Below are positions 59,367-64,000 of a stretch of 64,000 bases of DNA, piece by piece; within the stretch, counting starts at the first letter, position 1, and each line of letters begins with the position of its first letter. This DNA comes from a bacterium (lineage in GTDB: Bacteria; Zhuqueibacterota; Zhuqueibacteria; Residuimicrobiales; Residuimicrobiaceae): assembly GCA_035388125.1 (NCBI GenBank), contig DAOOPF010000002.1, forward strand, positions 4,711-68,710, written 5' to 3'. The position numbers and the translations under genes were made by a program. The notes below the pieces were generated by a model, which worked only from the letters and a program-made list of their open reading frames with translations, searched no databases and was not told where the DNA came from.

Positions 59367-60155
59367 GTGATGTTAAAACGCAGACCAGTCCCTGAACGCA
59401 TCATTGCGGCGGAACCCTATTCTGCGCTGGCCCAGATCTACGACCAGGTGATGAATCACGTGGAGTATGATCGCTGGGCCCGGCATCTGATCCGGCTCAC
59501 CCGGCTGCACGGAGGGGCGCCGCAGACGGTACTCGATGTCTCGTGCGGAACCGGAACGCTTTGCCGCGAGTTTCAGGCGCGCGGATTCAGGGTTCTGGGC
59601 TGTGATGCCTCGCTCCCGATGGTGAAAAGGGCGGCGGCTGGCAGCGGCAGCAGCTCCGCCATCCCTTACTGGTGCGCCGCAATGGATCGGGTCGCATTGC
59701 GCACACCGGTCGGGCTTGTCCTCTCCTCCTATGACAGCATGAACTATCTTCACGAGCCGGGCCAATGGCATGCCGTTTTCCGGCAGATCCACAGTCTGCT
59801 CGAGCCGGGAGGACTCTTCATTTTCGATATCAGCACACTGCGCAACTCGCAGGAGATATTCGCCGACTATGTTCACCGGGAAAAATTTCCGGAGGGCTCC
59901 TACCGGAGGACGTGCCACTTCGATGCCGGGGCGAATATCCAGTATAATTATTTCGAGATAGAATTATCCGGCGCACCCGGCTGTTTATATAAAGAGGTGC
60001 ATTCTCAATCCATTCGCGCCCTCGCGGAGGTCGAAGACTTTATCGCAAAAAGCCCGTTCATCCTCCTGGGCAGTTATGCCAATTTCACCCTGCGGCCCGG
60101 CAGTGAAAAGGCGGAGCGGGTTCATTTCGTCCTGAGGAAAGGGCGTGAAACGTGA
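59367..60155 (+). CDS. Class I SAM-dependent methyltransferase
   Basis: VLDVSCGTGTLCREFQARGFRVLGCDAS (motif I) and LEPGGLFIFDI. 262 aa. Confidence 0.75.
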   Translation: MMLKRRPVPERIIAAEPYSALAQIYDQVMNHVEYDRWARHLIRLTRLHGGAPQTVLDVSCGTGTLCREFQARGFRVLGCDASLPMVKRAAAGSGSSSAIPYWCAAMDRVALRTPVGLVLSSYDSMNYLHEPGQWHAVFRQIHSLLEPGGLFIFDISTLRNSQEIFADYVHREKFPEGSYRRTCHFDAGANIQYNYFEIELSGAPGCLYKEVHSQSIRALAEVEDFIAKSPFILLGSYANFTLRPGSEKAERVHFVLRKGRET

Positions 60156-60826
60156 GTGTAGCGGGAGCTGCGAGCATGGTTGAACTGCAAAGTGTCCGCG
60201 TCACCTATGCCAATGGAGAGGGCATAGATCAGATCACCTTTTCAGTGGCGCCAGGCGAACTGGTCTTTCTGGTGGGGCCGAGTGGCGCCGGCAAATCCAC
60301 GGTGCTGAAGACCATCTACATGGACAAGCTGCCGGATGAGGGGCATGTCGTCGTCGGCAGCTACAACTCTCTTTTCATCAGGAAGGGAGAGATCCCCTTT
60401 TTGCGGCGCAAGCTGGGCATCGTCTTTCAGGACTTTCGTCTTTTCGCCGACCGGGATATTTTTGAAAATGTCGCATTCACCCTTGAGGTGATCGGCGCCC
60501 GGCAGAAAGAGATCAAGCGGCTTGTGCTGCGCGCCCTCGCCGATGTGGGATTGAGTCACAAGGCGCGCAAGATGCCGGATGAGCTTTCGGGGGGCGAACA
60601 GCAGCGGGTTGCAATCGCGCGGGCCATTGTCAACGAACCGCTTCTCCTGCTCGCGGATGAGCCGACCGGCAATCTCGATCCCGACACGGCTTCAGGGATC
60701 ATGGAGGTGCTTTTGCGCATCAACACCCGGGGCACCTCGATCCTGATGGCCACACACAATTATGATATGGTGCAACGTTATCGCGGCAGGATCATCAAAA
60801 TCAACAACGGCCGTCTGGTGGCTTAA
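60152..60826 (+). CDS. ftsE: Cell-division ABC ATPase FtsE
   Basis: [38 protein letters not shown]. The GTG at 60152 overlaps the upstream stop. The ATG at 60176 is an alternative start. Confidence 0.85.
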   Translation: MSVAGAASMVELQSVRVTYANGEGIDQITFSVAPGELVFLVGPSGAGKSTVLKTIYMDKLPDEGHVVVGSYNSLFIRKGEIPFLRRKLGIVFQDFRLFADRDIFENVAFTLEVIGARQKEIKRLVLRALADVGLSHKARKMPDELSGGEQQRVAIARAIVNEPLLLLADEPTGNLDPDTASGIMEVLLRINTRGTSILMATHNYDMVQRYRGRIIKINNGRLVA

Positions 60827-60847
60827 TCCTGTAACTGGCGGATTGGA

Positions 60848-61696
60848 ATGAGCTTACGTCGTGTTTTCAAAGAGACTTCGGATGGTTTCAGGCGCGCCTG
60901 GGGTTCCTGTCTGCTCTCCATCCTGACGATCGCCTTTTTCCTGTTGCTGCTGGGTTTTCTCGCCCTGGTCTCCGCTAATATCGATCATTTCAAGCAGACG
61001 CTCAATGACCGTTTGCAGCTGCAGGTTTTCATTTCCGGCACGCTGGACGATCAGGAGATCGGGGCGCTTTCACAGCGCATCAGCCGGATTGCCGGAGTGA
61101 CCAAGGTAACTTTTGTCTCCCGGGAGATGGCCGCCGAGGAGTTTCAGCGCGAGTTTGGGCGCGAGCTGTTCGCCGCCCTGGAGGTGAATCCCCTGCCCTC
61201 CTCCTTCGTCGTCCGGCTCGGCATCGCGGGCGAGAGTGAGGGACGGATCAAGCAGATTGCCTCCCGCATTGAGGAGGAGGCGGGCGTCGATGAGGTAGTC
61301 TATCATTTCCAGACCCTTTTCAAGCTGCAGCGTTACGCCAGCGTTGCGGCGACGACGAGCTGGATACTGCTGCTTTTTGTGACGCTGGGTTCGCTATTCG
61401 TCGTCTCAAACAACATCCGACTGGTCATCTCCGCGCGCAAACAGATCATCTCCACGATGCGGCTGGTGGGGGCCACACCGGGTTTTATACGCACGCCCCT
61501 GATTCTGGAGGGCACGCTGCAGGGGGCGGCGGGCGCTCTTCTGGCCGGGGCGGGCCTCTACTTTGTCAATTCCATACTGGCGCAGCTGGTGCCGGGACTG
61601 CTGCAGCTGCCGCCGGAGAGCCTGATCATCCTGTTCGTGCTCGGCTGTTTTCTCGGATTTCTTGGCAGCCTGCTGGCGATCAAGCGCTATCTGTAA
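60848..61696 (+). CDS. ftsX: Cell-division permease-like protein FtsX
   Basis: One TM helix, a periplasmic domain, then three C-terminal TM helices (the FtsX fold pattern). It is directly downstream of ftsE. Confidence 0.8.
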   Translation: MSLRRVFKETSDGFRRAWGSCLLSILTIAFFLLLLGFLALVSANIDHFKQTLNDRLQLQVFISGTLDDQEIGALSQRISRIAGVTKVTFVSREMAAEEFQREFGRELFAALEVNPLPSSFVVRLGIAGESEGRIKQIASRIEEEAGVDEVVYHFQTLFKLQRYASVAATTSWILLLFVTLGSLFVVSNNIRLVISARKQIISTMRLVGATPGFIRTPLILEGTLQGAAGALLAGAGLYFVNSILAQLVPGLLQLPPESLIILFVLGCFLGFLGSLLAIKRYL

Positions 61697-61799
61697 GGGT
61701 TGACCGCCGGCCGAGTGCATAAATTTTTCTTGCTTGAGCAGGTATTAATTGTTAATTTAAAGATCGTTATAAACTGGTCTGATTTTTGCGTAAATAATT

Positions 61800-62852
61800 A
61801 TGACACTGGATGACTTGACAGAACGCGAACGGCAGGTATTCCTTTCGATCGTGCAAAGTTTCATCGACACGGCTGAACCGGTCGGTTCGCGCTATTTGTC
61901 CAAATTCCCCAAATTGAACCTGAGTCCGGCTACCATCCGCAATGTGATGGCCGATCTGGAGGAGAAAGGGCTGATCCGTCAGCCGCACGCCTCCGCAGGA
62001 CGGGTGCCTACGGACGGGGGGTATCGCGCCTTTGTAGATGGCATGATCGGTGGTGTCAAGCTCAATGCCTCCGAGCGGCGTTCTATCGTCGAGCAGCTCA
62101 ATAGATTCGCTGAGGATGTCGACCTCATCGTCGACCAGGCGTCGCATGTGCTCAGTAACATCACCAGCCAGCTGGGCGTGGTGCTGGCCCCGCGCTTCAA
62201 CCAGGGCCGGCTGGAAAAGATCGAGCTGGTTTCAGTATCGGAAGAAAAGATCCTGGTCATCATGACCATAAAATCGGGTCTGGTTAAGACTATCATTGTC
62301 GAGATGGATGAAAAGGTGCCCGGTCATCTCCTTGAGGCGGCCAGGCAGATTCTCAACGAACGCCTGCACGGGTTGACCATTCAGGAGTTTCAGTCCTCCT
62401 TTGAAGAACGTTTTTCGGACCTGGATGAGAAAAGCAGACAGGTTCTCAACAAGATCAGGACCAGGGCTGAAAAGCTGGTCGGGTATGATCCGGCGGCCTC
62501 TTTTCACGTGACCGGGGCCGGCAAGATCATCCAGCAGCCCGAATTTGCTTCCCAGGAGAAGGTGGGCATCATTCTCGATTTGATCGACCGCCGCGACCTC
62601 CTGCTGCGTGTGCTCGAGGAATCGGACTGCAGCGGGGTTTCCATCGTCATCGGCGATGAGAACAAGCAGGAGGTGCTGAAGCACTGCAGCGTCATCACCA
62701 CCACCTATTCCATCGACGGGGCCATTGGAACTATCGGCGTGATCGGTCCGACACGGATGCAATATGCCAAGATCATCGGACTGGTTCAGTTTATGGCTGA
62801 AACCCTGGGTTATGTTTTAAACAAGCAAAACAAGAAAGGCAGCGGGTTTTAA
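61800..62852 (+). CDS. hrcA: Heat-inducible transcription repressor HrcA
   Basis: LTERERQVFLSIVQSFIDTAEPVGSRYLSK...SPATIRNVMADLEEKGLIRQPHASAGRVPT. 350 aa, followed by grpE. Confidence 0.9.
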   Translation: MTLDDLTERERQVFLSIVQSFIDTAEPVGSRYLSKFPKLNLSPATIRNVMADLEEKGLIRQPHASAGRVPTDGGYRAFVDGMIGGVKLNASERRSIVEQLNRFAEDVDLIVDQASHVLSNITSQLGVVLAPRFNQGRLEKIELVSVSEEKILVIMTIKSGLVKTIIVEMDEKVPGHLLEAARQILNERLHGLTIQEFQSSFEERFSDLDEKSRQVLNKIRTRAEKLVGYDPAASFHVTGAGKIIQQPEFASQEKVGIILDLIDRRDLLLRVLEESDCSGVSIVIGDENKQEVLKHCSVITTTYSIDGAIGTIGVIGPTRMQYAKIIGLVQFMAETLGYVLNKQNKKGSGF

Positions 62853-62856
62853 GGTA

Positions 62857-63456
62857 ATGAAGGAAGAACAGGAACAGAGTGACAAAGATCAGGCGGTAGT
62901 GGACAGCAGGGAGACTCTTCCCGAAGCGGAAAATCAGGAAACCGGCCGGGAGGAGAACTTTACGGAGAGGGAGGCAGAAGAGACGGAGAAGGCGGCTGAC
63001 GACAACGCCGCGGCCATCGCCGCTCTGACCGCCGAAAACCAGAAATTGAGGGACCAGCTGCTGCGGCTGGCGGCGGAGTTTGACAATTATCGCAAGCGCA
63101 GTGACCGGGAGCTGACCAGCTGTATCAGCAATGCCAATTTCGATCTGATGGCCAGACTGCTGCCCGCTCTCGATGATCTGAATCGTATCGTGGCGGCGGG
63201 CGAGGACGGCGCTGAACCGGCTGCCCTCGTCGAGGGCATCAACCTGCTGCATAAAAACATCCTCAAGGCGTTTCAGGAGGGAGGACTGGAGCCGATGCAG
63301 ACCATCGGTGAAGAGTTCGATCCCCTCTTGCACGACGCCCTCCTGCATGTTGAGGTCCCCGAAAGCGGGCCGAACAAGGTCGTCGAGGAGCACAAGAAAG
63401 GCTACTATTTCAAGGGCAGGGTCTTGCGCCATGCCCAGGTTGTTGTGAGCAAGTAA
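62857..63456 (+). CDS. grpE: Nucleotide exchange factor GrpE
   Basis: LRLAAEFDNYRKRSDRE, FDPLLHDALLHV, KGYYFKGRVLRHAQVVVSK. Confidence 0.9.
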   Translation: MKEEQEQSDKDQAVVDSRETLPEAENQETGREENFTEREAEETEKAADDNAAAIAALTAENQKLRDQLLRLAAEFDNYRKRSDRELTSCISNANFDLMARLLPALDDLNRIVAAGEDGAEPAALVEGINLLHKNILKAFQEGGLEPMQTIGEEFDPLLHDALLHVEVPESGPNKVVEEHKKGYYFKGRVLRHAQVVVSK

Positions 63457-63487
63457 ATTCATCTGCTGGATGGAAGCAATATAGCAT

Positions 63488-64000
63488 ATGGCAAGCAAGG
63501 ACTATTACGCAGTTTTGGGTGTGAGCCGCAATGCGGATGCGGATACTATCAAAAAGGCCTATCGCAAACTGGCCATGGAGTATCATCCCGACAAGAATCC
63601 GGGCGACAAGGCGGCCGAAGAAAAGTTCAAGGAGATCGCCGAAGCCTACTCGATCCTGTCCGATGCGCAGAAACGGCGGCAGTATGATCAATTTGGCAGC
63701 GAGGGGATGCGCGGCGGAGGCGGAGGGGGTTTTGATCCCCGCGGCTTCGGCGACCCATTTGATATTTTCCGCGAGGTGTTTGGCGGCGGCTTTGGTGACA
63801 TCTTTGGCATGGGCGGGGGCGGCGGCCGCCGCGCGGCGGCGCAGCGGGGTACCGATCTGCAGGTCCGCCTGAAACTGGACATGGAAGAGATCGGGCGCGG
63901 CGCTTCGAAAAAAATCAAGATCAAAAAACTGGTTCGCTGCGAAAAATGCGGCGGCAGCGGAGCCAAAAGCGGCACTTCGATGACGACCTGCCCTCAATGC
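63488..64000 (+). CDS. dnaJ: Chaperone DnaJ; the 3' end is cut by the window edge, so it is absent from the ORF track
   Basis: My own translation from the ATG at 63488 gives [43 protein letters not shown]-rich linker follows, then the start of the Zn-finger region ([12 protein letters not shown]...CPQC). Confidence 0.9.
   Translation, partial: MASKDYYAVLGVSRNADADTIKKAYRKLAMEYHPDKNPGDKAAEEKFKEIAEAYSILSDAQKRRQYDQFGSEGMRGGGGGGFDPRGFGDPFDIFREVFGGGFGDIFGMGGGGGRRAAAQRGTDLQVRLKLDMEEIGRGASKKIKIKKLVRCEKCGGSGAKSGTSMTTCPQC

Noticed and set aside
61713-61722. GAGTGCATAA resembling the right arm of the CIRCE operator
   Set aside because: There is no TTAGCACTC-like left arm 9 nt upstream, and the arm itself has an extra base. 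It is recorded as a negative observation in the hrcA finding.

Overview
GC-rich (judged by eye, not computed) bacterial chromosome segment that contains the replication origin. I call about 50 protein genes and found no rRNA, tRNA, CRISPR array, transposase or integrase. The core is the origin cluster. On the minus strand it runs gyrA-gyrB-dciA(DUF721)-recF-dnaN-dnaA. On the plus strand it runs rpmH-rnpA-yidD-yidC-mnmE-mnmG-rsmG. DnaA boxes lie on both sides of dnaA, so oriC looks bipartite. The dnaA-dnaN spacer has an AT-rich tract, then TAG trinucleotide repeats, then tandem DnaA boxes. Left of the origin are housekeeping and accessory metabolism genes. These include a TPR lipoprotein, an EamA transporter, RNase Z and plsY preceded by a one-polypeptide FakA-N/DegV fusion. 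Next come a GHMP kinase, glgC, a tandem GT2 and a PGM/PMM. After that are an 801-aa HerA/FtsK-type ATPase directly upstream of archease-rtcB, an orphan gene in a lower-GC patch, and a sensor-less histidine kinase with a sigma-54 activator. The remainder is tkt, gpmI, a degenerate ApgM-like protein, deoC, a BadF-type kinase, bioY, a patatin-POTRA-Omp85 (type Vd-like) protein and a FecR-like protein. Right of the origin are murQ, mfd, two SurA/PpiC chaperones, a methyltransferase, ftsEX and hrcA-grpE-dnaJ (dnaJ is cut by the window edge). Between the chaperones and the methyltransferase sits a tightly coupled four-gene envelope operon (52138-59305): a DUF4159-like protein, an 1123-aa membrane/coiled-coil giant, a TPR protein and a secreted GATase1-like protein. 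The best candidates for uncharacterised biology are that four-gene operon and the HerA-like ATPase linked to archease-rtcB. All family assignments come from motifs read in the supplied translations. No database search was run.
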